NCBI GenBank assembly: GCA_977017645.1
Contig: OZ360223.1
Span: 209,436,001-209,500,000, forward strand
DNA length: 64,000 bases
Direction: 5' to 3'
From: Torpedo marmorata
Lineage: Eukaryota
Below the pieces are notes generated by a model that was given only the letters and a program-made list of their open reading frames with translations, searched no databases and had not been told where the DNA came from. The translations under genes were made by a program, and so were the position numbers. Shown one piece after another: positions 12,801 through 26,504 of this stretch (the stretch's first letter is position 1; the number at the start of each line of letters is the position of its first letter).

Positions 12801-15799
12801 CCCTGTAGGAGTTTTCATAGAGAACTATTCTACAAACTGGATCTCCTTGAAGAAGCCCCTGACACAGCCCCTTAAAAGCTTACCTGAACTGGTCAATGTA
12901 AAACCTCAATAATCATCGACTGTCTGTGTGTAGCTGAAGGAAGAGTAAGTGCCATGTACTGCTTAAGAAAATTACGAATCGGTACTCATTTTATTGAAAT
13001 TAAACTTTCACAAACTATATATAATTTATGCACACATTTTTATTGTACAGGTTAGCAGAATCTATAATCCCAGTCTTGTATGACAATGTAATCACAAATT
13101 CTCAGAAAAAAACATTGCAATTAAGAGGTTTGGGACCATTTATATGGTCATGAGATGTACAAGCATCAGCCCAGATCTTCTGATGAAGTATACCGAGCAG
13201 AAGCAGTACTCAACCAATGATATAATTTCAAATTGCAGAGTGAAGTGTTTGTGCTTGTGAAGTGCACTGAGTACATGTAAAATTGAAGCTAAAATAAGGT
13301 CACCCATGATCTTCTTGAATAGTGATAAAGGGTTTTAGGGTTAAATGGCCTTCATCTGATTTTGTTTCTCATTCATTTATGTTCACACATAATGATTGTA
13401 ACGGTGTAATCCCACTATGTGAGATGAAACATTCATATGAACACCCAACACCTGTGGAGCAAGGAGATGATGCAACAAATGATAATCCACTCTCTCCCAT
13501 AAGCAACCTAAAATTTATCTCTGAAACCGGTCATTCTGCAGTGGTGACTTTTCTAACCATGAAAATTCAGATGTTTTTTTTTTTTAAAGAGTCTAGCTCA
13601 TTTTCTCTTTTCCTTCCATTCACAGTGAACAGAGAGAAAAAAAAACGACACCTGCTGAATGCTAATATTCATGTTGCCAAGAAATGTTGTGGTTGAGTCA
13701 GGAATTCTATAAACGCTAGGTTAAAATAGCCAACTGGCAGATCTTTGTATCTTAGGAGAAGCGTTCATTCAGCAATTCAATTTAAATAATAGCAACAGAA
13801 AACATTTAACAAAAGTGTTACTTTATACAACACTGATTAGACTTCTAATATGTTGTTGTGACGAAGTCGAGATGTGGGGAAACTGCACGGTGCAGATAAT
13901 TACAATTTTAATGATTTGTAGCAGGATTTTATATATTGAAGGAAATGTTAATTCTGCACTTACCACAGGAGTAAATAGCTTGTATTTCGAGATTTCTAAA
14001 TCTGGACGTGGCAATGATTTACTTTAAGTTAATCTCCCTTGTACTGCAACAATCTGATCCTGCCTTCACAAATGCAGGGTAAAATACCTTGAACCTTTGG
14101 GGGATTCTTTCACTCGTCAGTACAATAGTAAACCACATGTTCCAAGGGAAATGCACCTGTAAATCCTTCTGAAGTGAACAATATTAATATCAAAGCACCA
14201 ATTCTGGAGAATCAATCTTTTTGTACATTTAACACATATGATGATGGTTACCTAAAATGTATACCATTCTTTTCAGAAAACAAATCATTCCTGTCAATAA
14301 CTTTATTGCAGCAGAAAGCTGCCAATGTAAGTGAACAAGGATCAAGAAAAATCAAATAACTGTTTAAGCATATTACCACGAGTCTGTTACATGTATGAAG
14401 GGTTATATGAAAAAGTACACAGCAGAATTTTATCACACACATTAAGGTGAAACACTAGAAAGATCACTCTCACCCCTTCATTGGGGTTCTCAGCTCCTCT
14501 CTACAAGTTCCTCACACACAAAATGCGGAAAACAGCTTGTTTCCAGGAATTTTGGAATGCTGAATTGTTTGGCTGGGCTTGAAGAGAGAAGAGCAGCTTT
14601 CCTTTAGGGAGGTATTAAACTGTCTGCTTTCCTTCTTTTCCCTGGTGCAGCCTGATTGAGAGAAAGATAATCAGGAATTTAAGCAAGGGTGGAATTGTCG
14701 ACATGAATTTTTATCCCAATGCGCTGATGGAAAGCATAATGGTTCATGAGAAGCGACAGTGCTGCCATGTTATTCCAGATCAAACACGAGTAACTCCAAC
14801 CAATTCTAATCCAAACATAATGCTGTAATATTCCAAACTGTACCCCCTCAAATTTGTTTATCACACCGCACTCCAAACACGAGCGTTTGGTAGAAATTTT
14901 AGATCCTAGTCCACTAACCATACTCCAATTACTTCTGTTTATTGTTCATCCTGCTGACCACTGTTAGGGTAGTACACTGATTATCATTTCCTCAATATAA
15001 TTTAATAAATCCTCTACATTTAACACTTTGAAGTTGGCTTCCAAGTTGTGAAGAGTCCAGATAGCAACATCAAGCTATTTTGCAGTATTTCTGACTCACT
15101 GCTGGGGAGTTAGTGAAGACAAATTCATAGGGAGTAGGTCAAAGAGAGCTGGATAAAGTATCTAAAAGGAAAGCAACTTGTAGGGTTATGAAGGAAGAGC
15201 AGAGGAATGGGGCTAACTCGGTTATTCAAACTGGCACAGACCCAAGAAGACAATTTTTGGAAAGTTGAATGAAACAGTAATCAGAAGAGATGTTTAATGG
15301 TTGGCATTTTTGTTATAAATCATTTTACATAATCATCCAAAGTCACCTTACTTTGTGTATTATCAAAGCATAAGGCCATTCATGCTCTGTGATGATAACA
15401 ATACTCTCTGTGATGACAAAAATGTGTGAGGGGAATGACCAAAGAATGCCAATCAACAACAGCCTTGGTGACATCATTAACCTGAAATAGGCATATTTCC
15501 ACATTACAAGTTCCAGGTAAGTTGGTTAACACCCTGTTTTCATAGATTGGTTCCAGCATGGCCATCAAATTCTATGTCAGAGCAAATCGGCTCATTCATG
15601 CCCACGCCCTCTCGCCAAAACCATGCAAATTTGTTCCTTTCAGATCCCCGATGAACAACATTGAATCTGCTTCCACTATTATCCTGTGTATTCCAGACAC
15701 TAACTGCATGTGAGTTTTCATTCTTTTGCCAATTGTTTTTCTGCAGAGAGTTGTAAATACAAACCAGGCCATCGTGCAAGCCAACCTCTCTTTCATGAA

Positions 15800-16010
15800 C
15801 TCCATCTATACTCCTGCTGTCTCAGTAAAGCTGCCAATAGATTAAATGACTCATCCCACCTCAGCCAGACTCTTTTCTACCTCCTTCCATCAGGTAAAAG
15901 ATACATGTGCATGGAGATATAAACCATCAGATTCAAGGACAGTTTCTGCTGTTGCCTGCTGTTATCAGACTCTTGAATGGATCTCTCTGGCAAAATATGA
16001 TGCCCGTGCA
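15800..16010 (+). mobile_element. Decayed Rex1/Babar LINE 3' fragment
   Basis: Similar to 16880-17040 (ctccttccatcaggtaaaagatac...cagattcaaggacagttt). Confidence 0.55.
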
Positions 16011-16683
16011 CAGTTTTTTTATAACAAAACTTTTCTCTATACCCTGCACTATGTGTCTTATTGTAATACTATTCCCTACACCAGCCATTCTCAACCTTGT
16101 TTTTGGCTATGGCCCCTTCGGACTCTGTTCAAAGTTTATGGGCCCCTTTCCCTGTGAAGCAGTCAAGTTTAGTTGGTTTCTTCCGTACTTCTCTCCTACC
16201 GACTACATAAAAAATATTTTATAATTTCAGTCCGTGGCCTTCCCTTATATGTGCTGTGCCCCCCCCCCAGGGGGGCCATACAGCTCCACTGAGAATGGCT
16301 GCCCTACACTGTTGCCTTAACTATCTATTTATTTGTTATTAATGCTCTACCTGCTTTTTGTCTGGATAGCATGTCAAACAAAGCTTTTGACTGCATCTTG
16401 ATACCTGTGACAGTGAAGCAATTCAATTACCCTAGTTCTTGACCTCCTCCACCACCTCCATCTACATTGTCTACACACCATGGCCACGGTGCTGATTTTA
16501 GCAGTGCCCACCCAATGAGAACATTCTGATGATGGCTGGTGTTTAATTGTTCCACACCAGACCTGGCAGTCCCTCCTTTTCTCCCTCTTGTAAAATGTAA
16601 TTGGTCCTTCAGCCAGAAGTTCTAGCAAAATATTGTTTTACTCCATGTGAACAATTCCCAAATATAATACTCATTTGCTGAGT

Positions 16684-17306
16684 GCCTCTACTTCCTCAGG
16701 AGTTTGTGGAGGTTTGGTATGACCTCAGAAACCCTGGCAAATTTCTACAGAGGTGTGGTGGAAAGTGTGCTGACCGGCTGCATCACGGTCTGGTATGGGA
16801 ACACCAATACCCCTGAGCGTAAAGCCCTCCAAAAGGTAGTGGACACAGTCCAGGACATTACAGGCAAAACATATACAGGGAACGCTGCCATCGGAGGGCT
16901 GCAGCAATCATCAAAGACCCACACCACCCAGCACACGCTCTGTTCTCGCTGCTGCCATCAGGAAAGAGGTATAGGTGCCACAAGACTCGCACCACCAGGT
17001 TCAGGAACAGCTGCTACCCTTCTACCATCAGAATCCTCAACGACAAAGTCAATCAGAGACTCATTTAAGGACTCTTACTTGTGCACTTTATTGATTTTCT
17101 TTGCTCTCCCTGTATTGCACAGTCAGTTTGTTTACATTCATTATCTGTTTACAGTTCTTTTGATTGTTTACATGTTTACGCTGTTTACAGTTTTGTTTTT
17201 TTTGCACTACCAATTAGTGGTAATTCTGCCGCGCCCGCAGGAAAAAAGGAATCTCAGGGTTGTATGGATGTCATGTATGTACTCTGACAATAAATCTGAA
17301 ATCTGA
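16684..17306 (+). mobile_element. Rex1/Babar LINE 3' end (5'-truncated)
   Basis: LYFLRSLWRFGMTSETLANFYRGVVESVLTGCITVWYGN (Rex1 C-terminal region), then frameshifted; ends caataaa-tctgaaa-tctga. Confidence 0.85.
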
Positions 17307-17424
17307 GAGCAATCATGAGGCAGTGATTCGATCAATAAATTCGGATGAGTGCGTAAACCAAATGGGTGAAGCTCCAACAGCTTCTAACCACAGATATGTG
17401 AATATCAAATCCATGCTGTGTTCT

Positions 17425-17709
17425 TTAAATGTTTAAATTTTAAATTCAATTTAAAATTTTAGACATACAGCACGGTAACAGGCCCTTTTGGCCCATGAGC
17501 CTGGGCCGCCCAATTACATCCAATTGACCTACAGCCCCGGTACATTTTTTTTTGAACAGTGGGAGGAAACCTGAGCCCCCGGAGGAAAGCCACCCAGACA
17601 TGGGGAGAACGTACAAACTCCTTACAGACAGCGCCGGATTTGAACCCCGGTCCCGGTCGCTGGCGCTGTAACAGCGTTGCGCTAACAGCTATGCTAACCA
17701 TGCCGCCCC
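17425..17709 (-). mobile_element. HE1-like V-SINE
   Basis: Same head, V-domain and tail structure as the other copies. Confidence 0.9.
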
Positions 17710-17819
17710 TATTACATTCTATTACATATGTGAATATCAAATCCATGCTGTGTTCTATTACATATGTGAATATCAAATCCATGCTGTGTTCTAAGTACAT
17801 AAGTGAAATTGGTATCTCT

Positions 17820-18187
17820 AGCCCCATTCACACTGGCACTTTATCACAGTAATTAACTGCCAATCTACCGGTTAACGTGTCAGTGTGAACGCTCGCGAAT
17901 CGGCACGCAGGCGTCAGATCACCCCGGGGATGGACCGCCTAGGTAGGGTGTATCATCCCCGGGGCGATCTGACGCCTGCGTGCCGGTTAGCCCAGTGTGA
18001 AAGGGACAGGGGGTACCATGGGACCAATTAGTGAGTATAGACGCCCCTCTTCCCTGGGATGCCTGGTGGTGAGTGTGAAAGGACGCAGAGAACCGGTTAA
18101 CAGTGGTGCAGTGTGAACGGCAAAAACGGCTTCTTTAACCGGTTCGTTGAACAGCCAATTTACTGGTTAGCCAGTGTGAAAAGGGCT
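17820..18187. mobile_element. PIF/Harbinger-type MITE
   Basis: TIRs agccccattcacactggc / gccagtgtgaaaagggct. 3-bp TSD TCT at 17817-17819 and 18188-18190. Internal hairpin at 17901-17985 and repeated agtgtgaa motifs. Confidence 0.8.
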
Positions 18188-18442
18188 TCTGTCTTCATTG
18201 CAATTTGCCATTGTATCATCTGCTATGCAACTGATAAGAAATAATTGGCAGGAAGTTCATTCCTCCTCTGTGGTGCTAAACATGGTGACATCACGACATT
18301 GTACTCTGCACTGAAGTTTGTTCCATTGAGTTTACTGACCAAGAATGAATTTGTGGGGCACTGAGGTTTTCCTCTGTGGTATATTTAGTACCAGATGTGT
18401 CAGTCAGTGAAATCCCTTTCAGAATCAGTCCAAAAAAAAATA

Positions 18443-18755
18443 AAGCAGCCTCTATCCTCAAAGACCCCCACCACCCAGGCCATGCCCTCTTCACTCTGCT
18501 ACAATCGGGAAAAAGGTACAGGAGCCTAAAGTCGAGCACTCAACGGCACAAGGACAGCTTCTTCCCCGCTGCCATCAGATTCATAAATAATCAATGAACC
18601 AAAGACACTGCCTTACTTTTTGTGCACTATTATTTATATATATTTTTTATATAATGTCGTAAGATGGTTATAATATGAATGTTTGCACTATGATGCTGCC
18701 GCAAAACACAGAATTACATGACTTGTTCATGACAATACATTCTGATTCTGATTCA
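18443..18755 (+). mobile_element. Rex1/Babar LINE 3' fragment
   Basis: KAASILKDPHHPGHALFTLLQSGKRYRSLKSSTQRHKDSFFPAAIRFIN; tail (ttctga)n. Confidence 0.85.
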
Positions 18756-20179
18756 ATTCATCATCTTCAATTCATATTTAGTGGGGGTTTCTAATAAAAT
18801 GGCACTCTCTCTCTAGCCAGTGAGGAAACCTGATAGGGGTTTGATGAAATAAGGTGAAAAACAATGGGGTGCAGAACATAATCCTCTGTACAGTCAGGAA
18901 GGGCCAAATGGCCTATTTCTGCGCTGCACATTCTACATAAATCAACGGTCATTGGACTTTGTGTCAAAAACTAGCAAACACATAAACTCATGTGGAGCGC
19001 AAACACTGATTTGAACCTCTTGGGGTAAAATGCTGTAAATACTCTGCAAGGGGCTGTGGTGACCTGATATGCAGCAACTAACAGGATACACTTTATGCCT
19101 CAGTTATATTCTCAGCTCTTTCTCTAATTTCACCACAAAGGGGAAACAGTTCAAAGAGCTACCACCTTAAACACCAGGTTGGGGGCTGGGGTGAGTTGGA
19201 AGTGAAAAAGGAGGGAATTGGGGTAACAAATGAAAAGCTACTAAAGCTCTTTCCTGCAGTAGGAACCTCCACAGCATTTTCTCTTTCTGCTTAACTACAG
19301 TGGACATCCCAAAAATGAACAGACTCCCTGAGGAACATCCAGACCAATGACCTTTCCTGAAGGATTAATTATCATAAACACTGCAAATTTGTTGAGCACT
19401 AATCTGGAGCTAATTACCATTAAAGTTATCAGTGGGTAATAATGTTCATTTGCTACATTATACCAGAGTCCTGCATTTAGTAATAGCACTCTCCTTTTGC
19501 ATTTATAACTTGGAGTATGTTATATACACCTCTCTTTTCCTAGGGCACAGACAAACTGAATTTGTTACAGAAACCGATGCCATAGTGCTCAGGCAATGTC
19601 AATTAATAGAAGAGTTCTTATTTTAAAACTACACTTCTATTTCAAATGGTGATTAAAAACAAGTGTGTGTCTTCATGCAGCCCCATCCTGAAAAAGAGAA
19701 AAAAAATGACATGCCTGTACTCAGGCTTTTCTTCCAATCATATGGCGTACGTGGCTCAGGCCACCTTCAAAGTGTTGTGGGTAGGATTAGCTGGATTAGG
19801 GTTCCACTGAAAAGACCCATGCTGCTTTGGAGGAAGTCTCACTGTGAACGAGTTGAAAGAGACTTTTTTTTATACCTGTCCAAGCTACTCCTGCCTTCTA
19901 TTATGAGGAAGGGGGAGGGGAGAGGGAGACACAAACCCCAGAGGCTCATAAGTGCTCTCCAGCCAAATGCTGTCACAACATGCATTGGTCAGATTGTTTT
20001 CTTTGTTTTATACATCGTTCAGTCAGGAACTTTCCCAGAGTCACCTATTATATTTTTAATATTGTGATGGTGGTGGGAATTAGGGGTGGTGGGGGAATGA
20101 AAGGAGGGTGAGAATAACACTGGTAGAAGGACTGAGAGAGAGATAGAGAGAAAGAGTGTATGTGTGTTTGTGTGTGGGG

Positions 20180-20283
20180 GAGAGAGGGAGAATGTTTGTT
20201 GGTGTATGTGCGTGTGGGGGGGGGAAGAGAGAGAGAGAGGGAGAGAGAGAGAATGTTTGTTGGTGTATGTGCGTGTGTGGGGG

Positions 20284-20323
<40 letters not shown>
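20180..20323. repeat. (GA)n microsatellite within a ~60-bp tandem duplication
   Basis: gagaatgtttgttggtgtatgtgcgtgt(g)n occurs twice, followed by (ga)n. Confidence 0.85.
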
Positions 20324-20325
<2 letters not shown>

Positions 20326-22254
20326 CCTGCAGGAGAAGCTTTGTTGAAAATAAATCTTTCCATTGCCTGAATCAAGTAGCAGATGTGTGCTCCACCCCAG
20401 GCCCAAAAGGCTTGGCTCATCAAGCCTCCACTGAATGAATGCAAGGCTTTGTCACCACTATGAATGTCCATCAGAGATGTTCTGTAACAAACAGGGGGAG
20501 AAAAAGAATTTTCTACAACAAAAGCAGGAGACCAAAGCCCCACATAAAAAAAAATAAACCAAGGAAAGTGGGTGGAGAAGAGGTCGGGGCTGGGGAAGAT
20601 GGTGAGGGGGAGGGTAGGAGGTATTGATCATATAGAAAATAATTAAAATTAGGAGAAGGAAAGGAGGAAGTTGAGTGATTAAGGGTGCAGGGAAGTGCTG
20701 CCATCCAGTCTGTTTTATAAGCCCAAGCACTGATTGCAATCTGGCTTTAGCCGGTTCACACTTAGATTCAAAAACCAAAGACCCTAGCTGGGTTGGGGAC
20801 AGTGTGACCCAAAGAGGTACAGCTGGGAACTATTGAGCCCTGAGATTCCTGTCAGCCTTGACATAAATTTCCACTGGTGCTGGCATTTACACAGTTGGCA
20901 TTTCCATATGTATAGGCTTGCCTGTACTAATTATGCTAATCATCTCCTCTGTTGGCTCCTGTGAAAAATGGCCACATTAAGCACTCCACTGCCTGTTAAT
21001 GCGGCTTAATGTGTGGCTGAGATATACATTCATCCGGCTCTGAAAAGCAAAATTTTTCCACATTGCTGACTTCATTCTTGGAAAAAAATGAATTTGTTGA
21101 ACTCAGTTCAGTCCTCTGTACCAAGGCAAGTGAAATGTTGCCTAAAATAAAATGTTACTGTTGTTTTTTTTCTCTCTCCCATTATCTTTTTTAGAACCTA
21201 CTCCAATAACTAAAGAAAAGCAATCCATCTTAAAAATAATAATTTCATGCCACATACTCTTGCAGATCTCAGAAAGCCAAATCTGTGCATAAGGAAAGAA
21301 AACACCTCCAATTTGCTCCCCCCCCCCCACCCCACCACACACACCCTATCACCTCACCCCGCAAGCCCCTACCCACCCATCACTGTTTCAAGTAAATTCA
21401 CGCATTCCCACAGTCAGGCTAAGCCTTGTTTGAAGTGTGTCCTTTTTAAACTTTCCCCCATCAGGTAAGATTGTCAAGATTCAGTGTTAGAAAAGGATGC
21501 AGTCCTTATTCATAATGTTTACTATACTGGGGTGTAGAATTCTTTTGGAAGCACGCATGTTAAAAAAAATGTTAAAAAATTAAAAATAAGCAACCTTCAG
21601 GGCACTCTGATGGATGCAACAGGTATCAATCAGCAGCTTGTAAATCTCTCTCTCTGAAAAAATCCAGGACAGATGTGGGAAGCGATCACCCTGCTTCTGG
21701 ATGGACAAGGTCGATGCTGCTAAGTATGGGAGGCGGGGGGTGTGAAGAGAAAGATATGTCAAACAATCCAAGCAATAACAGAGTTGTCGTCCCACCCACG
21801 CACACACAGGCAGACAACAGTCTCAGTTAGAAGGCAACAGCTGACCTCTGGCAGACCAGCATGCAGTATCTTCCCAACTAATACAGTTATATCCAGATAT
21901 CATTAGTGAACAGGAATCCTCCTATACGTGCAAGCAGTCACAAATACTGACACCATCTCATGTACTGGGTCATGGCAACCCAATCATTTCAGAACACTCT
22001 GCCCTTCAGTCTTGAAATTAATTCACCCATGATCTCTTATTCAACTCACACACATGCAATCATATCTTTTACCCGATCAATCTAGTTCTCACAAGTCTAA
22101 TTGGTCCAGCTTATGTTACGAACTTGGACTTTCAATCCATTGACACAATACTGATAACCTAAACCTCCATGCCTTTTATGATCCAGTGTGAGATCCCAAG
22201 CCTGAAAGCTGTACTCAGGTGTTCTTTACTTATATTCAGAGAATAACCAAAAAA

Positions 22255-22583
22255 TGGTAATGGGTTAGCGTAGTGCAGGGTTTCCCAAACTTTTTCTTTC
22301 CACTAACATACCACCTTAAGTAATTCCTATGCCATAGGTGCTCTGTAATTAGTAAGGGATTACTTAAGGTGGTTAGCATAATGCTGTTACAGCGCCAGCG
22401 ACTCGGGTTCCAATCTGGCGCTGTCTGTAAGGAATTTGCATGTTCTCCCCTTGTCTAAGTGGGTTTCCTCCGGGAGCTCCAGTTTCCTCCCACCCTTCAA
22501 AACATATGGAGGTTGTAAGTCAATTGGGTGCAATTGGGCGGCATGGGCTCGTGGGCCGGAAGGGCGGGTTACCGTGCTGTATG
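22255..22583 (+). mobile_element. HE1-like V-SINE with a truncated hAT MITE (22276-22373) in its head
   Basis: SINE head gttagcgtagtg|...|gttagcataatgc is split by cagggtttcccaaac...ttaaggtggt. Confidence 0.75.
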
Positions 22584-22629
22584 AATACCCAAGTAAGTAG
22601 CACAAAGTATTCCATATTTCTTATGGCAT

Positions 22630-22965
22630 AGAAAGAGGCCATTCAGCCCATCAAATTCATGCTGGCTCACAGAGGCAATCCGATCCCCCACTAATTTCCC
22701 CTGTTACCTATTCTCCCACATTCGCATCGGCTCCTCCAGGATTCTACCACTCACTCACCTTCACACAAGGGGCAATTTACAGTGGCCTTTAACCTATTAG
22801 CCTCCGGGTCTTTGGGATATCAGAGGAAAGCACAGCACCGGTGACAAGCACACACTGTCACAGGGAGAGCGTGCAAACTCCACACAGACAGCACCGGAAG
22901 TCAGGATTGAACTCAGGTCACTGGAGCGGTGAGGCAGCAGCTCTATAAGCACTGCCACTGTGCTC
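22630..22965 (-). mobile_element. Older V-SINE subfamily copy
   Basis: Reverse strand reads gagttcaatcctgacttccggtgctgtctgtgtggagtttgcacgctctccc plus a CR1-like tail. Confidence 0.75.
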
Positions 22966-25900
22966 ACTCTATTGACCTTAACAGCTGGAAAATATCTCTT
23001 ACTCCTTAAACAAATAACACACTCCACCAATGAATGCAATTAAACTAGCAAAGAAAAATCTAAATTATACATATATAATCTGTCTGAACTTCCTCCCTGA
23101 TTACTAATGGCATTCCTTTTTAAGAATGAGCAAATGCACATAACAATCCTGATAAAGATGTCAAAATGTATTAAAATTTAATTTTGCAACTTGATTGCCA
23201 AATTGATACTTACTATTGCTCAGATGACAAAAGGGTCTAAGTTTCAGTTAATCAGCAGGACTACATCAATTAGAGGTATACTTTTACTTTACTGCCTTCC
23301 AACCAGAATTTCTAGGTGCTCTCTTCTGAGCAGAAATGACCCATGTCATCACTGGCACCAATCACTTTCTGAGCACACAAAGGAATCACTCCCTTGAAAT
23401 CCCTCACTGCACCTCTATCTGGAGCCTCAAGGCTGTTGCTTCTTTTGTTTATACTTACTGCTACAAAGGTATGCAATTCTACAGCAACGGTTTATTTGTG
23501 TAGCTGGTGCCCCACAGTTCATGGGCCATGGCTGCAGCCTGTGTTAATAATACCAGCATGAATTACACTTCCTGGTTGAGTTGTTAGGGACCCATGTCTT
23601 TCCATGCCTTTACCTCAATTTGAAAATTAGAATAAACTGTACTATGATGGCACAATGCAGTGTTACTGCAACTCACAATGGCTGAGGTGTTTTATAGAGA
23701 CTCAGTCCACAACATAACCTTCCGTCCTTCACCCCAACTTGTGGAGTAAACTAGCAAAGCCCCAAAGGAAATCAATAAGAACCAGTTTCATCATATCTTC
23801 ATGAGACTTTGGGTTGCTTTGTAAGACACGGAACTTCTGTGAACCCCTGAACAAGAAACAGGCGGAGACGAGGTCAGAGATAGGGTCCTCCTGCCCCACC
23901 CCAACTCTCCCTTGAAACCAATAATTTGTCATTCTAGTTCTGGATTTGGAACTGAGCATACTGGTGTGCCATCGATAAAATGGCATGACCCAACTTTACC
24001 ATGGAGTTCCTGCAGATGTGGTCCACAGAGTTGACAGGCACCCTTGAACTCAATAAACAAAAATGATTGTTCAAAATTTCCTGACTGGCCATCTTATTGA
24101 AGGTCAATGGGGGTTGTATTATAATTGGAATGGGAGCGAGTTGCTGGAGGGGTGCGTGATGATAGCAGTTTGCAAGAATATGGACAAACTATATATCTAC
24201 TTCCAACTTCCAGGCAAAGGGCAACAAAGCCTCTGTTTGAATGAGTGAGCAGAAACCAAACAGGTACATGAATGCCTCTCCATCTCCCAGTACCTCTCAG
24301 TCCACTGAAATGATGCACTCTCCTATTGATCCTGGTGACTCCAGTGGAATTCAATATTGGGGAGCCATAGGCCTGCAGTGGTTGGATACAAATATTCAGC
24401 CTGATTTTTCTCTACCCTGCACCTTGTCTTTGTAACACCACACCCTGCACTCTTTGACTTAGTGTATCACCACACCCTGCACTTTTGTTTTATTATTACA
24501 CAATCTGCTGTATTTAACTTTGGGTTCACCTGCCTGGATAGCACCAAAACCAAGTTTTTCACTTTATCTTGGTAGACATGACAATTCAGTAAGCAATTCA
24601 ATTCAACTTGATTATGCATCCTGGGGCAGACCCACAAAGTACTGAAGTATCATGTAAAATGAGGAATATGTTGCTGTCATACACTTCCTTCCTCGGGTCA
24701 GCTTGCTTCCATTAGAAATGGACTGCTGGGGTTAAATTCTAATGGATGTGAATAATCTATGTTGACAATTTAGTGTGGGGCCAAGGAAATATAATCTTAT
24801 TTATAAGGTGCTCAGTCACAGAGTATCCATGTCAAGGTGAAGATAAAAGACTCTTTACCAGGGAGGTATTTTCTTTGTGGCCTGATCAGCATTCATTCCT
24901 CAACCCAAACAAATTAACCAACCATACCCTTATTAATATTTTGTGGGATCATGCTGTGCAAGGATTAGCTGCCACAACTAACTAACAACTGGCAACACTT
25001 GACTTGAACTGTTTAGTTACTTCCTGATGGAGAATGGAGCTAGATTGGAGCATGATTTCTCTTTTGCTCAGTCCCTCAGCCTCTACTTTCACCATACTTG
25101 AAATATGATCTAAATCCAGTGTGTAGAATAGGTCTTCTGAAACGTGAGGTGTGCAAAACGCAGACATTTAGCCAAAAGAGTGTGCGCAGTGTGGACAATG
25201 TCCTTGATCATTCGTGCTCAACCAACAACATCTGTGCAATGTACTCGAGTTCCAAAATTTAGTTCCAGTGAAGTCAATGGATCAGAATTTCAGAAACAAA
25301 GCACAACTCAGGGCTGCTGTTAAATTGTGGTTTTAGCACTACTGTGGAGGATGATTTTCTCTATGAGCCCATGGGGATGCACCAGTTAAAATTCTCTGTT
25401 ATGTTTCTGATTTGTGGAGCTGTTGTAAATAAAGTCTTCTGCCACTGCTACTTCCCTTTCACTCCTACTTTAAACGGAGCAGGGATCAAAAATAAACAGA
25501 ACGTGTCCCTGTCACCTGCAATATATCATGTGATTTGTGGCCATCACTAATGTGCTTGTTGGGTACAAATTTAAATTCACTTACTGCTTAGAAATTTTTA
25601 TAAAGCTGTGATTTGGATTTGGTTGTTGACTACCTGGAGAGTTATTTACCATATTTCCACCATAGTTAAACTACAAGGAGTACCTTGCATCTTGAAGTGG
25701 GTTTTCATACTGTTAAAAACAATTAAGTAACATTATATCCAGCCACCTAAGCTTCATAAAACATTATTTTCAATTTTATATCAAGGACAAACTCTCGAGG
25801 AAACAGGAAAATTCAGCCACCTATCTATCATAGATCGACCTTGCATAGATCTTTTGATCTCAGATTTGGAAACAGCATATTTTTGTCACAGAATAGTACT

Positions 25901-26039
25901 TTCCAATTTTGTATGAAAAAGTGCTCCCCATGTTTCTACTAAATCTTCCAACTGTCATTTTAAATTTAAATCAGTTCTGCAATCTCTCACGAGATGAAAT
26001 AGTTACAGAAGGAGGGTGGTGATTGAAAATGTAATCTTT

Positions 26040-26280
26040 CAGGTGAGATGTTCCCCATTTGATTCCACAAAAAAAGATCTCATGGCACTATTTTGAAGAA
26101 AATGATGTAACCCCAGAATTCTGACCAATATTTATCATTGAACACACACACCTAAAACACATTAAACGGTCATTATCTCAATTCTATATGTAGGGGGTTA
26201 ATGAATATAAGTTAACTGTTGCATTTCTTATATTACAACAGTGACCCGAATTGAAATTTTACTTTAGATAGTGAAAGATG
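26040..26280 (+). mobile_element. DeuSINE (SacSINE1/AmnSINE-like) Deu-domain remnant
   Basis: aaagatctcatggcactattttgaagaa...accaatatttatc...ggtcattatc...attacaacagtgac. Confidence 0.6.
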
Positions 26281-26504
26281 CAAGTCTTCATTCTTGACAA
26301 ATTCTGTTAAAATTTGAAACACCTCAAGCAGATCACTCTTCATATTAAAGTAAGTCTGGAAAGGTAATTTGCATAAGAAAGAAACATTCCCATTAAGTAT
26401 ACTATAAATGATATAAAAATGATAACTACTTCAAGGGTAATTGAGACAAACAAGTCTATGGTCTAGAAAGTCAAGTTCAGCAAATGGGTGCACAAGATAG
26501 CCAG

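Noticed and set aside
20970-21018. Possible pre-miRNA hairpin
   Set aside because: Stem is only ~13 bp with a large loop, and I recognise no known mature miRNA
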